DNA from: Lama glama
Taxonomy: Eukaryota
Length of the DNA stretch: 64,000 bases
NCBI GenBank assembly: GCA_028534125.1
Contig: CM052816.1
Coordinates: 5,334,001 to 5,398,000, forward strand
Direction of reading: 5' to 3'
Notes under the pieces: model-generated
Told to the model about the DNA's origin: nothing
What the model saw: only the letters and a program-made list of their open reading frames with translations
The model's database searches: none
Shown: positions 38,935 to 51,137 of the stretch, in pieces
Numbering within the stretch: the stretch's first letter is position 1
Layout of the letters: every line of letters begins with the position of its first letter
Program-made: the position numbers and the translations under genes

Positions 38935-41900
38935 TATTCTTTCCTTGTAATATCTTTGTCTGGTTTTGGTATCAATGTAATACTGGCTTCACAATGAGTT
39001 GGAAAGTACTCCATCCTCTTTAATTTTTTGGAAGAGTTGCATAAAATTTGTACTATTTCTTAATTTTTGTGTAGAATTCACTGAGGAACCTATTTGGGCC
39101 TGGAGCTTTCTTTGGGGGAAAGTTCTTAATACAATTTCAATTTCTTTACCAGATACAGGGCTATTTCAATGAATCATTTCTTCTTGAGCAAACGGTGGTA
39201 GTTTGTGTCTTTCAAGGAATTTGTCATTTCATCTATGTTGTTGAATTTATAGGCATAATGCTGTTCAAAATATCACTTCAGTATTCTCTTAATAGTTATA
39301 GAATCTGTAGCTATGTCACCTCTCTCATTCTTGATTTTGGTAATTTGTGTCTTCTCTCTTTTTTTCCCCTTTATCAGCCTGGTTAGATGTCAATTTAATT
39401 GACCATCTCAAAGAGCTAGCTTTTTGGTCTACTGATTTTTCTTGATTGGTTTTCCATTCTCTGTTTCATTGATCTTTGCTTTCATCTTTTAAAAAATTTC
39501 CTTTCTTCTGTTTATTTTGAGTTAACTTACTCTTCTTTTTCTAGTTTCTTAAAGTAGAAGCTGACATCATTAATTTGAGACCATTCTTCTCCAATATAGG
39601 CATTTAATGTTAAACATTTCCCCTTATATACCGCTTTAGTGACATCCCATAAATTCTGATATATTGTTTCCATTATTTTTCAGTTCAAAATACTTTCTAA
39701 TTTTCCTTTGGATTTCTTCTTTGACTCATCTGTTATTCCTAAGTGAGTTACATAGTTTCCAAACATTTGGAAATTTTAAGAGACTGTTTTGTATTCGGTT
39801 TCCAAATTTCACTAAAGTCAAAGAACATAATTTGTATCACTTGAATCTTTTTAAATTTATGGAGATTTGTTTTCTGGCCCAGAATATGGTTTATCTTGGT
39901 AAATGTTCTGTACGGACTGGAAAAGATTGTACATTCTGCTGTTATTCAGCAAACTGTTCCATAAATGTCAATTAGGTCACATTGGTTAACAATGCTGTTC
40001 AAGTCTACTATATCCTTGCTGATTTTCTGTTTACTTGTTATTATTGAGAGAGAAGTGTTCAAATTTCATAACTGTGGCTATGTCTTTTTCTCCTTGCAGT
40101 TCTATGACTTTTTGCTTCATGTATTTTGAAATGCTCTTATTAGGTGCTTAAACATTTAGGATTGCTACGTCTTCTTGATGAATGATCCCTTTATTACTAT
40201 GAAATAACCTTCTTTATCCCTTGTAATAGTCCTTCCTCTGAAATTTATTTTGACTGATATTAATATATACCCACCTCGGTTTTCTTTTGACTAGTATTAG
40301 CATAATAGATCTCTTCTATCCTTTCAATTTTAATTTATTTGTATCTTTATCTTACAGTGTTTCTGGGCAGAGGTAGTATGTAGTTGGATCTTACTTTCTT
40401 GTCTAATCTGACAGTGTGCTTTTTTCACTGAAATAATTAATGCAATTATTTAATGTGATTACTGATACTGTTAGGTTATAGTCCATTATCTTAGTACTTG
40501 CTTTCAATTTTTCCTTTCTGATCTTTGTCCTTTTTCTCGTGAATCTTTTTAAATTTAAATTTCTCTTTTTTTCTGCCTTCTTTTGGATTAACTGGATATT
40601 TTTCATGATTTCATTTTATATCCTTTGTTGGCTTACTAACTACAACTTTCTGTTTTGTTATTTTAGGGTTTATTATATACACTTTTAAAAAGTCTACTTT
40701 TGGGGGAGGAGGGTATATAGCTCAGTGGTAGAGTGTCTGCTTAGCATGTGTTAGGTCCTGGGTTCAATCCCTAGTATCTCCATTAAAAATGAAAAAAAAA
40801 GTAAACAATAAAAGTGAAAAAAAAAGTCTACTTTCAAACGATGTTACACCATCTCATAAGTAGTATGGAGAACCTTACAATAGCATATTAGCTTCTCTCC
40901 CCTCTAACCTTTATGGTGGGATCCATTTTATTTTTTAACCTGCACTTTAAAACAATAATGTGTTATTATTTTTGGTTACACAGTCAGATATCTTTTTAAA
41001 AGATTTAAACAGTAAGAAAAAATAGTATATATTTATCCACATAGGTACTATTTCCAGCAATCTTCATTCTTTGAGAATGAAGATCCCTATTTCCATCTGC
41101 TGTATCTTTTTCCTCCACTAAAGGACTTCCTTTAATGTTTCTTGTAGTACATGACTGCTGTGATGAATTCTTTCAGCTTTGTTTTGTGTGTGTCTGAAAA
41201 GTGTTTTGCCTTTATTTTTATAAGCTATTTTCATTCGGTATAGAATTTCAGCTTGCTAGAGATTTTACTTTCAGAACTTTAAAAACGTTGCTATGCTGTG
41301 CTTTTGCTTGCGTTATTTCCAACGAAAATTCTGCCATCTTCATCTTTCGTCTTGTCTATAAGATGTTTTATTTCTATGGCTGTTTAAAGTTTTTTCTTCT
41401 TTACTGCTGGTTTTCAGTAATTTTATGACGATGTGTCTTGGTGTTGTTTCATTCATGTTTCTTGAGACTGGGTTTCACTGAGCTTCTTAGATCTGTGATT
41501 CTATAGCTGTCATTCAGTTTGGAAAACTTTTGGCTATTACTTCCCTCCCCTCCTTCATGGACTCCAATTACATGAATATTCAACTGTTTAATGTTATTAA
41601 CATTTATTAATGCTCTCATCATTTAAAAAATGCTTTTTCTCCCTTTTTTAGTCTAAGTAACTTCTTTTCTTCAGGTTCACTAACTTTTTTTTTCTGCAAC
41701 ACCTATTCTGCCATTGATTTCATATATGTATTTTTCATCTCAGACATTGCTGGTTTCATTTCTAGAATATGGGCCTTTTTATATCTTTCTAACTTTTTAA
41801 ATGCACAGAATACAGTTACAATAACTATTTTAGTGTCCTCTGCTTACTCTAAAATCTGTGTCCACTTTGGGTTGGTTTTCTTTATTTTCCTCATTATGGG

Positions 41901-42670
41901 CCATCTTTCTGTGTTTATTTGTATGTCTGATAATCTTTGATCAGATTTTACCTTGATTGGTGCTGAAATTTTTTTTTATAAATATTCTCGAGCTTTGTCC
42001 TGGGATGCAGTTAAGTTACTTGGAAACAGCAGATTCTTTTGGGTCATAATTTATGTTTTTTTAGACTCGTCCAGAGCACTGCTGAGCCTAGAGCTAATTA
42101 GTCCCCACTAAGGCAAAACTCTTCCAAGTGTACCACCCAATTCTCCATGAGTTACAAATTACAAGATTCTTCCAGCCAGAGTGGTGGCAAGAGGCACAAT
42201 TCTCAGCCCTGTGTGAGAGCTAGGTGCCCTTCTTGCTAATCCTTTCAGGTGACCCCTTTCCCAGCTCTCCTCACACTCACCAGTAATATGCTCAGTATTC
42301 AAGAGGACCCTCGGTAGATCTCTGTGGCTCAATCTCTGTGCAAGTCTTTCCTCCCCAGTACCCTGCCCTCTGAACCCTAGCCTCTTCGGTCTCCCTGGAC
42401 TCTCAGCTCCACCTCTTTAACTCAGGAGGTCTTCGGGGCTCTACGGGGGGGCCTCCATGCACCACAGCTTGGAAACTCTTTTGAGGAATAACCTGGGGGC
42501 ACTTGTGGGGCTCACTCATTTGTCTCCTATCTCTTAGGGATTACTGTCCTTCATTGCCAATGCCCACTGTTTTAATTTCATTTATTTTGCTTTTTGTTTT
42601 CTTTCGGTTGTTTCAGGCAGGCAGGTCAATCTGGTCCTTATCATATCTTGGCTCCTAAATGGAATTTTTT
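38935..42670 (-). mobile_element. Old long L1 fragment (ORF2 5' half and upstream region), sense to GALNT10
   Basis: Continuous T-rich L1-antisense sequence (TTTGTCTGGTTTTGGTATC, TTCAGTTCAAAATACTTTCTAATTT, TTAGGATTGCTACGTCTTCTTGATGAA); no open frame; interrupted by a SINE. Confidence 0.8.
40701..40820 (+). mobile_element. tRNA-Ala-derived camelid SINE inserted in an L1
   Basis: TAGCTCAGTGGTAGAG...GGTTCAATCC...CTCCA; perfect TSD AAAAAGTCTACTTT (40687-40700 and 40821-40834). Confidence 0.9.
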
Positions 42671-42696
42671 ATGTCAATGTGTACATTCATATTGGG

Positions 42697-42742
42697 GCAC
42701 TACTATTCTTACTACTACCACTATTACTACTACTACTACTAC
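42697..42742. repeat. Imperfect (TAC)n repeat
   Basis: Direct inspection. Confidence 0.8.
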
Positions 42743-43954
42743 AAATGTGGTTGACTTAAACTTCCTGTGCTGGCAAGTTATCATTTTTTTCAGAGTGTAT
42801 ATTTAATAAATGTTTGTCAAAGGTAATAGGCTCTAACTGCCTCCCTTGCTGCCTTTGTAACCTGTTGGAGATATAAAGGCACTCAATAGAGTACTGGACA
42901 ATTATAATAATTTGAGCTTACAAATTCTTTTGAGGAAATTGTGCACATTTCATAAACTAACCATGTTAATTTAACAAAAAAGGAGCATGGAACCAGGAAT
43001 CTGGTGGACTTGGGCATTTTATTGCAACAGAGTCCATTCAGGTTCATTCATTACTGGAAGCTCTACTCGTGGACTGCAGGAAGCAGGTCAGGATTATGGA
43101 CCACTTTCATCTCCACCATGGACAATCTTTGCCTGGAAGAAGCTCATCACCCAACAAAGGGGTCTGGCCAGGACCCTTCTGACTAGGGCCAAGTCCAGTA
43201 GTTGGGGCTCCACTGCCATCAGCTCTGTGCCCTGGGGGGCACAAGCAGCCCAGCAAGGCCCCCCACCCCCTGCCGCCGGAGGGGCAGAGAAGAAAAGTGG
43301 GCCAGCCCACCAGCCATCCTCTGTTCCTGCTCCCTTGGCAGGAGGTGCAGAGGGCAGGCCGCTCAGAGCCAGCTGGCTGCCTCCCACACACAAGCCCGGG
43401 GAGTCGGGCAGGACCACCTAATTTCCATTCTCTGTCGCTGCACGTTCCCAGCTGCAGCTTCTGGTGGGAGCAAATGCAGCGGGCACAAACAAACAGCCCC
43501 TCAGTCCTGTTCTTGACATGCTGTTGCCAAAATTCAGTCTGAAGGAGTGTAAGGCAAACGTCAACCTCAGCTCCTGCTGGAGAAGTTGTTTAAGCTACAA
43601 GAAAGCGGAGGGAGTGAGCGGCCTGACTGCTCTAATTTCCTCACACATTTCTGCTGTCAAACTGCAGGCAAGATCTCCCTACCCCCACTTCCCCTATTAA
43701 AAAAGAAAAGCTCTTCAAGACATCTGCCACCTTATTTATGAAAAGTCAGCTCCACAACGAGATTTTTAAAAGGGGGTTGTTAGGAGTGCTGGGTTTAGCA
43801 ATGTCTTTCACCATAACTTAGACACTGGCTGGGTGGACAGGCTGGTAATAGAGGAGCCTTGGGCTCTGTTCACAGCCACCTTGAAAAGGGCTTCCTCCCT
43901 TTAAACCAAGACCCTGAACCTCTATGCCAGGCTGATGAAGTCTTTGGTTACTTC

Positions 43955-44380
43955 TCAGAGCAATGTTTACAGTGAAGAAAAGAAAATATATGAGATTGTA
44001 AAGGAAACCAATTAGACTGAAATACAGTCACCAAAAGGATAAAAAATGTGAAATATAGCCATTCATGTGCTTCTTTATTAACATGTTAAACGACAAGATC
44101 GAGTGGCAGTTCTAAAAACTACCTTCATCCCGAAGCAGTGATGAGTACCGGTGACATTTCAGGGTATCTGCAAAGTGATGAGAAAGTAAATGATTTCTTC
44201 TGGAGACAACATTACAGGTGCTTCGCTGCCTATCTTCATAACTGAAGGGAACACCAGATTTCTGTTAGAGGTTAATGAAAAGAGAAAATGCAATGTTCTT
44301 TTCATCCAGGTTTACAGACCCTCCTGAATTCTAGTCACAGACCTATCTGTGGGCCCTAGGACTCCTTGATTAAGAAGACC
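43955..44380. mobile_element. hAT-type DNA transposon fragment
   Basis: GATTGTAAAGGAAACCAATT...GTTAGAGGTTAATGAAA...CCTGAATTCTA...TTAAGAA resembles a hAT/Charlie-type non-autonomous element; exact family uncertain. Confidence 0.6.
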
Positions 44381-44384
44381 TTTC

Positions 44385-44498
44385 AGAACGCTTGTATGCT
44401 GTTGATGGGAATGTAAATTGGTACAGCTACTATGGAAAACAATATTGAGGATACCTTCAAAAAGTTAAAAACAGAACTACCATCCAAAAAAAAAAAAA
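44385..44498 (+). mobile_element. Short internal L1 ORF2 fragment with a poly-A tail
   Basis: TGTTGATGGGAATGTAAATTGGTACAGCTACTATGGAAAAC...AAAAACAGAACTACCAT followed by an A-run. Confidence 0.8.
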
Positions 44499-45839
44499 GA
44501 TCTTTTTCTGGGCTGTCAGGAGAGAGCACTGCAGTGGGAGACAAAGGGGCCAGTCCCCATCCTGGCTCCACTTCTAATAGCTGGGAGACTCACCCCTTAA
44601 CTGGTAAGCCAAAGAAAGTGCAAAGTCTTGCCTAGTTCACCACTTGCAATGTCTTCCCACATGGGCTGGTGCAGGGTGGGGGTATCCCCTAGGGTTCCAA
44701 AGCACCCTGTGCCTGCCTAATCCTGTCACTACTTCTCACCTGTGGTGCAATGACCTGCTTCTGCCATTAGCCCCCGCATCTCACCCAAGGCGGCAGTAAT
44801 AGCTCATTTATCACGTGATCCTGGCGTTATGCACAGGGCTGGGCACTCAGACAATTAATACACATTTACTGAATGAACAGATGAATGAATGGATGAAAAC
44901 TTCTCTCATTGTAAAAATATTCCTTATTTCAGACCAGCAGTTCTCAATCCTGGTTATATGTGAGAATCGCTTTCTCAGGTTTTGGAAAATCCTGAGACCC
45001 AGGTGATACCTCCAGAGATTCAGACCCAGAGGTCAGGGGTGGGAGCCCAGGCTTTGTATTTATTTTTAAAACCACACCAGGTACAGCCAGAGTTGAGAGC
45101 CCACAGAACCACAGCACAGCAGCTGAGTTACAGTATAATGCCCCCAGATGAACTTCTTTCCTAGACTTAGAAAGATGAAATTAGTGCAGAATTCTGAACT
45201 CTGCAGGGGCTAAACATATAAATTGAGTTTCTGACCCTCAGAGTCAGGTCACAGTTCTGAATCTGGCAACATCAGTAATATATGAACTACATTCTGAGAC
45301 TTAGATGAGAAAACCTCAGGCTTGACAGTGAAGGCTATGAAATAGATTGCAATCCCCCGCTGCCCCTCCCGGACCCCTGGCTAGCCCTGCAAGGCCCCTT
45401 GCTCCCTCCCATCACTGCAAGAAATCCTTGTAAACAGGGCCAAGTCCTGGGCAAGCAGCACATCTTTTGGGTAGGGATTCCTAGCTGTGTGGCTTCCTCA
45501 CATACAAATTGAAGAGGGTAAGTATTGTTGCAGGAATCGAAAGATGAAAGGAGACAGAAAGCATTTTGCAAGCAGCAAACATGTTACCAAGGCTCTTTAT
45601 TATTACATTCTACCAACTGAGTTCTTTGGATGAAAAGACCTTGTGACCTACAGATTCTAGGTCAGACGCCCTGCGTTCAATATTCTGGCGCCACCTTTTA
45701 CCAGTTGCGTCATCTAATGCAAATTATTTTACCTTTTTGTGCCTCAACTCCTCATCTGGCAAACGGTGATAATAAAAGGACCTACCTCATAGGGTTTTGG
45801 GAAGGTTTGGCTGAGTTAACACACGTAAAGTATCCAGAA

Positions 45840-46608
45840 CATTGGTTCTGAAACTTAACCTTTGCATCAGAATCACCTGGGGGGCTTGTTAAGTCACTGA
45901 CTACAGGACCCCTCCCGGGAGCTTTTGATTCAGTAGCCTTGGACGGGGATCTAGGAATCTGCCCTGAGGCGGGAAGCCCCATAAAAAGACCGGCAGGACC
46001 CCTAGGCAGGGCCACTGCTCTCAGCACCGTCAGCACCGTCGGGTTCCCTGGTCCAGAGGCTCTATCTCACTTTCTGCTTCTAAAGCGGCTAACTTACACC
46101 TAGAATTCTATTGGTTCCCTGAGTTCACTTCTGATTGGTTATTTCCTTCACTCCTGATTGGTTACTACTCTCACTTCTGATTGGTTATTACTCTCACTTC
46201 TGATTGGTCCACTTCCCTAACTTCTGATTGGCCCATTTGTAGTACTTCATTTGCATGGAGCTCACTCTTAATTGGTCTATTTCTACAAAGTTTATTCCTG
46301 GTTGGTCAACTTCTGTTGTACTTTATTTGCATATGATGTTGCAAAAACTGGCAGCCTACAAAAGGCCTGTGTAAACCTACAACAGACGGGGTCCAGAGCT
46401 TAAAGTGTTAAGTTCTTTGGGCCCTCTGGGCCCAAACCTGAGTTGTCTAACTCTCCAAGTGCTGCCTGGTCTCTCGCCTGGATCCAGGTTGCCGTCACAA
46501 CTGAGCTGTAACACTGAGCTGTAACACATTTTTCCGCAACAGCATGTCTAACAAGCTCTTAGGTAATGCTGCTGCCGCCGATCTGGGAACCACACTTTGG
46601 GAACCACT
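45840..46608. mobile_element. MER5A element inside a MIR, split by an LTR
   Basis: CATTGGTTCTGAAACTT...GCATCAGAATCACCTGG...GGAATCTG | GCATGTCTAACAAG...CACACTTTGGGAACCACTG. Confidence 0.8.
45965..46541 (+). mobile_element. ERV1-like solo LTR (577 bp) with a CCAAT-box array
   Basis: TGAGGCGG...CCGCAACA imperfect terminal repeat; interrupts the MER5A cleanly; TSD only partial (GCCC/GCAT); duplicated CTGAGCTGTAACA near the 3' end. Confidence 0.75.
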
Positions 46609-46769
46609 GGCTTAGAACAATGCCTGGCATACAGTAAGCACTTACTAAGTGTGAGCTGTTATCATCTTTTCCTAGGTGCTACTTTGTAGTCCCTGAGCAC
46701 AACACTTTATGCTCCAGTGCTACTCAGTTCGGCCTTCATGTAGATGCAACTTGGAAATCTTTTGCTTAC

Positions 46770-46965
46770 AGTGGTTTTCAAAGTGTGGACCCAAGATAAG
46801 CCCCGGGAGCAATCACGTGGGAACTTACTTATAATGCGAGTTCTTGGGCCTCAACCTAGATCTATAAAATCAGAAATTATGGGGGTGAGGTTCAATAACC
46901 CATTTTCTAACTAACAGCCCTCCAAATGACTCTAATACACATCAACTTTCAGACATACCACTCTA
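46770..46965. mobile_element. MER5A-like element
   Basis: CAGTGGTTTTCAAAGTGTGG...AATCAGAAATT...ACTTTCAGACATACCACT. Confidence 0.7.
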
Positions 46966-47727
46966 CTAGAAAACCCCCATGACCACCACCATATCTCTAT
47001 TGAAAATGGGAGGCAGGATGGCTTAAGATCCAGCGTATAGATTTTGGTTGAGTTGGAGCCCAGTAACTGGCTCAGCTTCTTAGTTGCTGTGTGGCCTTAC
47101 TTGAGTTTTAACGCTTCTTTACGCCTCAGTTTCCTTATCTGTAAAAATGGGCATCACCCTCAAACCTACCTCACAGGAACCTGAGATGATGCAAACGAAG
47201 AGCTTGGCACACGCCACTTGTCACAGAAGGTCGGCTGCCACTGTTACCTTTATAATCACTGTGATGTATCCTTTCTCAAAATGATTTAAGCTAGCTTATA
47301 AGAAAGGCATAGATATATAGGTACATAGGAGAGCTAAAATAAAAATTAATAATAAAAAGAAAAATGTCACACACAGAAGGTGGAGAGGTTGAAGGGGAGG
47401 CATGGCTGAAACCATTACTGCAACTGTCTTGCCAAGTGAGGTCTGGACTCCTCTGTGGGCCAAAGCAAATAGCGGAAATACACAGGTCACGGTTCCCACT
47501 GCTTGGAAAGAAGGAGACCAGCTCTTCTGGGAAAATGATATTCTCTCTGCCACACCAGCTCTGAATTCTAGGAGAACCTGATCACACAAAGCTTTGCACA
47601 AAGGCCCTGGGTGACAGGAGGGACTCCCCTCCAGCAGCACTTTATGTACCTGTTTCTTTAATTAATTCTCAACAAGAGCTAAGGGCAAAGTCCTTAGATC
47701 CCAGAAGATCAGAGATGTTACACTCAC

Positions 47728-47866
47728 TTTGGGTGCCGAATATCAGGCAGCGAGCGATTCAGGGAGATTTTATCGCTGACGTAAATGTTAAATCCATTTT
47801 CTCGGTACGCCTGATCCACTCTCTCAGCATCAGTCATGGGGTAGGGCTTCCCTTGTTCTCCATTTC
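47728..47866 (-). CDS. GALNT10: GALNT10 coding exon 3 (139 nt): (G)[45 protein letters not shown]+AA
   Basis: Acceptor CTGACTTTGTTCTTTGCTCCTAG|GA with a CTGAC branch-like motif; donor CCAAA|GTGAGT. Contains the GalNAc-T GEQG..FN..SD.ISL.RSLPD.R motif. Phases fit exons 2 and 4. Confidence 0.96.
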
Positions 47867-50800
47867 CTAGGAGCAAAGAACAAAGTCAGTGTTGATGGAG
47901 TGGGGAAAGGAAGATGAAAAATATGGTTAAACCATGGAGATAAAACTTGATACAGAATGTTCCTCCAGGTTTTGCAGGGAAAAGTACAAAGAGAGGAGGG
48001 GAAGGGGCATGGACTCAGCCGTGGCCATGTCATGCGATTCAGCCCTGGTCTCACGTCATCTCCACACACGCTGTCAGGTGGACATGCGAGTCCTCATACC
48101 ACAGACAGATAAACTGGGACCCAGGAAAGTAATAAAACTCGGTCTCTGGGTTCCAAAGCCCACCCTTCCCCGAGTCTGCCAAGAGCCCCAACCATGCCTG
48201 AGCCTCCAGTCTGATCACCTGGATGGGAAGGCAGGTCTCTTGCATTTGAGCTGATCAACCTTGAGCCAGTAACACTACCTCTCTGAACTGCAGCTTGCTC
48301 CCATCTGGTACCCACACCATGCTGAGAAAGTCAAATGAGAGATTGTGTACATGAAAGCTTTTTTGTAAATGATAAACCCTCTTAAGGATGTGAAGAAATA
48401 TTATGACTCTTTGAGGCAAGGGCAAACTTTACAAGTCAATCAAAATGGCCACAAATGATAAAGATGCTTTGATTTTTTTTTTCAGCCAGCAAACAAATTA
48501 AGATCTGCTTCGCTTAGGCCTGGGTTGTCTGAAAAGTGTTGCTTTGAATTATGGGTCTGGGTGGATCCAGGGCTAGCTTTCCTCTCTCTGCACAATCCCT
48601 CTGGGGAGAGAGTCCCTGAAGCTGCAGGAAATTATCCTCTGGGTTCCCAGGGTGCAGATGGTGAGGGGGATGGCCACACCAACCCTGCAATAACAGCTCA
48701 CGCATCAGCCATTGGCGAGGATCTGGAAGAAATGGTAATAAAATCAGCTGATTAAAAACCACCTCATCTTCTAGAGCTTGTGGCCTGAGCAACACCCCGT
48801 TGACTTTGCAAAGTAAATATTGACCACATCAGCTTGATGGGAAGGGGCAAGCTGAGAGGCAGAGCCCGGGGCTGTGTCTACTCCCACACGGCCAGACAGG
48901 GAGAGGACTCCGCCGCCTCTAACTTGCATTGCTCCGTGATAAGACACTACTGGCCAGTGCCCAGCCCAGACTCAGCAAGGGATACAAATGCAGCAAGCAG
49001 AAAAAGAAGAGCAGAAGCATCTGCTTGGGCCACGAGGGGCGCTTCAGGAAGGCAGCACTGGGGAGTGATTCAGGGTTCAGGCCCGGAGCTAGGTGAGTGG
49101 AGTGCAAAGCCCCGCCCTGTTGCTCCAAGCAGTGTCGTATTGGGCGTACCTTTATCCTCCCTGCGTCTTGGGTTTTGCCCTTTGTATTCATTGGAATGAG
49201 AAGCTTCAGTGTGATGATTAAGGAGGGAACACCAGGCATGATGCTGGGCACACAATTAGTGCTCAACACACGCTGGTTATTGTTATTCTTATTTTTTTTT
49301 CATGTTTAAAAACACTTTTTTTTTATTAAGGTATACTTGGCATACAATATTGTATTAGCTTCAGGTGTACAACATAATGGTTTGATATTTTTATACATTA
49401 TGAAATAATCACGATACGTCTAGTTACCATTCATCACCATATAAAGCTGTTATCGACTATATTCCCCATGTGTACATCACATCCCCACAACACTTATTTT
49501 ACAGCTGGAAGTTTGTACCTTTTAATCCTCTTCACCTATTTCATTCATCTTCCCATCCTTTTCCCTTCTGGCAACCACTAGCTAGTTCTCTGTATCTTTG
49601 ACTCTGTTTCTGTTCTGTTTTGTTTGTTCATTGGTTTTGTTTTGTTTTGTTTTCTTTAGATTCCACATATGAGTGAAATTGTACTGTATTTGTCTTTCTC
49701 TGTCCGACTTATTTCACTTAGCATAATGCCCTCAATGTTTATCCATCTTATCACAAATGGCAAGATTTTTTTAATGAGTAGTATTCCATTGTATATACAT
49801 ACCATGTCTTCTTTATCCATTCATCCATCAGTGGACACTTAGGTTGCTTCCATATCTTGGCTTGGTTATTGTTATTCTTAATAAGGTCCCCATTGCATAC
49901 TTTTTCTTGCTAGTTAGCCCAGAATTCTAATAATTCTGATATAACTGCCTGGAAAATCAGCCCTTTTCAAATGTTTCCTTTCTTAATTCAAGCAGCATCT
50001 CCCACCCCTTCATTTTAAATTGCTGGCATACAGAAAAATGCATGTCACATCTTTAGATTTCCCTGATCATCGGTTATTACATCAGCTCTATTTAGAGCCT
50101 TATTATAATCCAGTTTTGTCATAGGGTAATTTTTTTTTCAAAAAATCAATAGTAGTGGGTACTTTTAATTGAGATAAAACTCAATAAAATACCAATCCCT
50201 CCCGTTTCCATGGTGTTTCCAGTATTCTACAGCTACACTTTACTTGTCACCTTCACAACAACACCCTCAAGTTGTCAAAGTAAAGCAGAAGCCCTGCTGA
50301 CAGATGGGGAAACTGAGGCCGCAAGAGGATGGAATTTATCTGATGGTCACATGGTGGGAAGCGGTGTCAGAGCTGCTCCCCTGACTCCTAGCCAGGCTGT
50401 CTGGAGTGACTCTCCATAATTTCTGAACCACCCCACCACCTCTTACCCACTCCCCAGTGTAACAGGAACTGTCCCAAAGGCTAATCAGCTGAAGAAACCT
50501 TCAGCTGAAGCCTATTAAATCCATTCAACCTTGTGGCTGCAGAGCTGGGTAGGGAGAAATTCAGGTCTCCAGACCTAGGTTCAAATCCCAAGCCTGCCTC
50601 TCTCTTGCTGCATGGTTGTAGGCGAATTACCCCACCTCTCTGAGCTCCAGGTCCCTTCTTGTCAAATAAGCTACAAAGGAGGATGAGCAAAGAAAATGCA
50701 CAAAGTGTGGACCATGGGCCTTGTTCATCGCAGCCATTCAATAAATGTTGGCTCTTATTATTACTGCTCCTTATTTTAGGGGTAAAATATCTTTTAGGAG

Positions 50801-51034
50801 GGAGACATTTTCTATCACCATAAAGGTAGCAGGGCAAATTCTGGAAGGCAGTGGATCTGGGGATGTGAGTGGAGGAAGGGGTCAGCTAACAGGAGTTGAG
50901 GGGGATCCTGGGAACCAGGGGAAGGGATGATGGCAAAGGAGACACAGTCAACAGGAGGCCCAGACATGCCCACTAAACACACAGACACACATACACACAT
51001 GCAAACACTCTTCACAGGACCGTGCTTTGCATAC
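47867..51034 (-). other. GALNT10: GALNT10 intron 2 (3168 nt, GT-AG)
   Basis: Bounded by the exon 2 donor and the exon 3 acceptor. Confidence 0.9.
49292..49862 (-). mobile_element. 5'-truncated L1 (L1MA-like 3' end) in intron 2
   Basis: Perfect 18-bp TSD TGGTTATTGTTATTCTTA (49274-49291 and 49863-49880); poly-T; GACTTATTTCACTTAGCATAATG and GGACACTTAGGTTGCTTCCA. Confidence 0.92.
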
Positions 51035-51137
51035 CTACGCGCTGAGCATCCCTTCTGATGGCTTCTTTGTCATGCCAGTCCTTCAGCTTCTGTCCATCTC
51101 CCAAGAAAAAGGTCTTCTTTGGCAGATTGTGTGAGCC
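51035..51137 (-). CDS. GALNT10: GALNT10 coding exon 2 (103 nt, stem region): GSHNLPKKTFFLGDGQKLKDWHDKEAIRRDAQRV+G
   Basis: Translated by hand (not in the ORF track). Acceptor TTTTTTTTAAG|GGC, donor GTAG|GTATGC. Peptide matches my recollection of the GALNT10 stem (KKTFFLGDGQKLKDWHDKEAIRRDAQRV). The phase-1 end joins exon 3 in frame. Confidence 0.95.

Larger units (their letters stand above)
26189..47727 (-). other. GALNT10: GALNT10 intron 3 (about 21.5 kb nominal, includes one gap)
   Basis: Bounded by the exon 3 donor GTGAGT and the exon 4 acceptor; the junction AA|C gives Asn in frame. Confidence 0.9.

Noticed and set aside
42987..43542. Overlapping Pro/Gly/Ala-rich ORFs
   Set aside because: Low-complexity products of GC-rich sequence; no domain or exon structure.
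46105..46235. CRISPR-like periodic repeat
   Set aside because: Contiguous 23-24 bp tandem units without unique spacers, inside a mammalian LTR; no cas genes.
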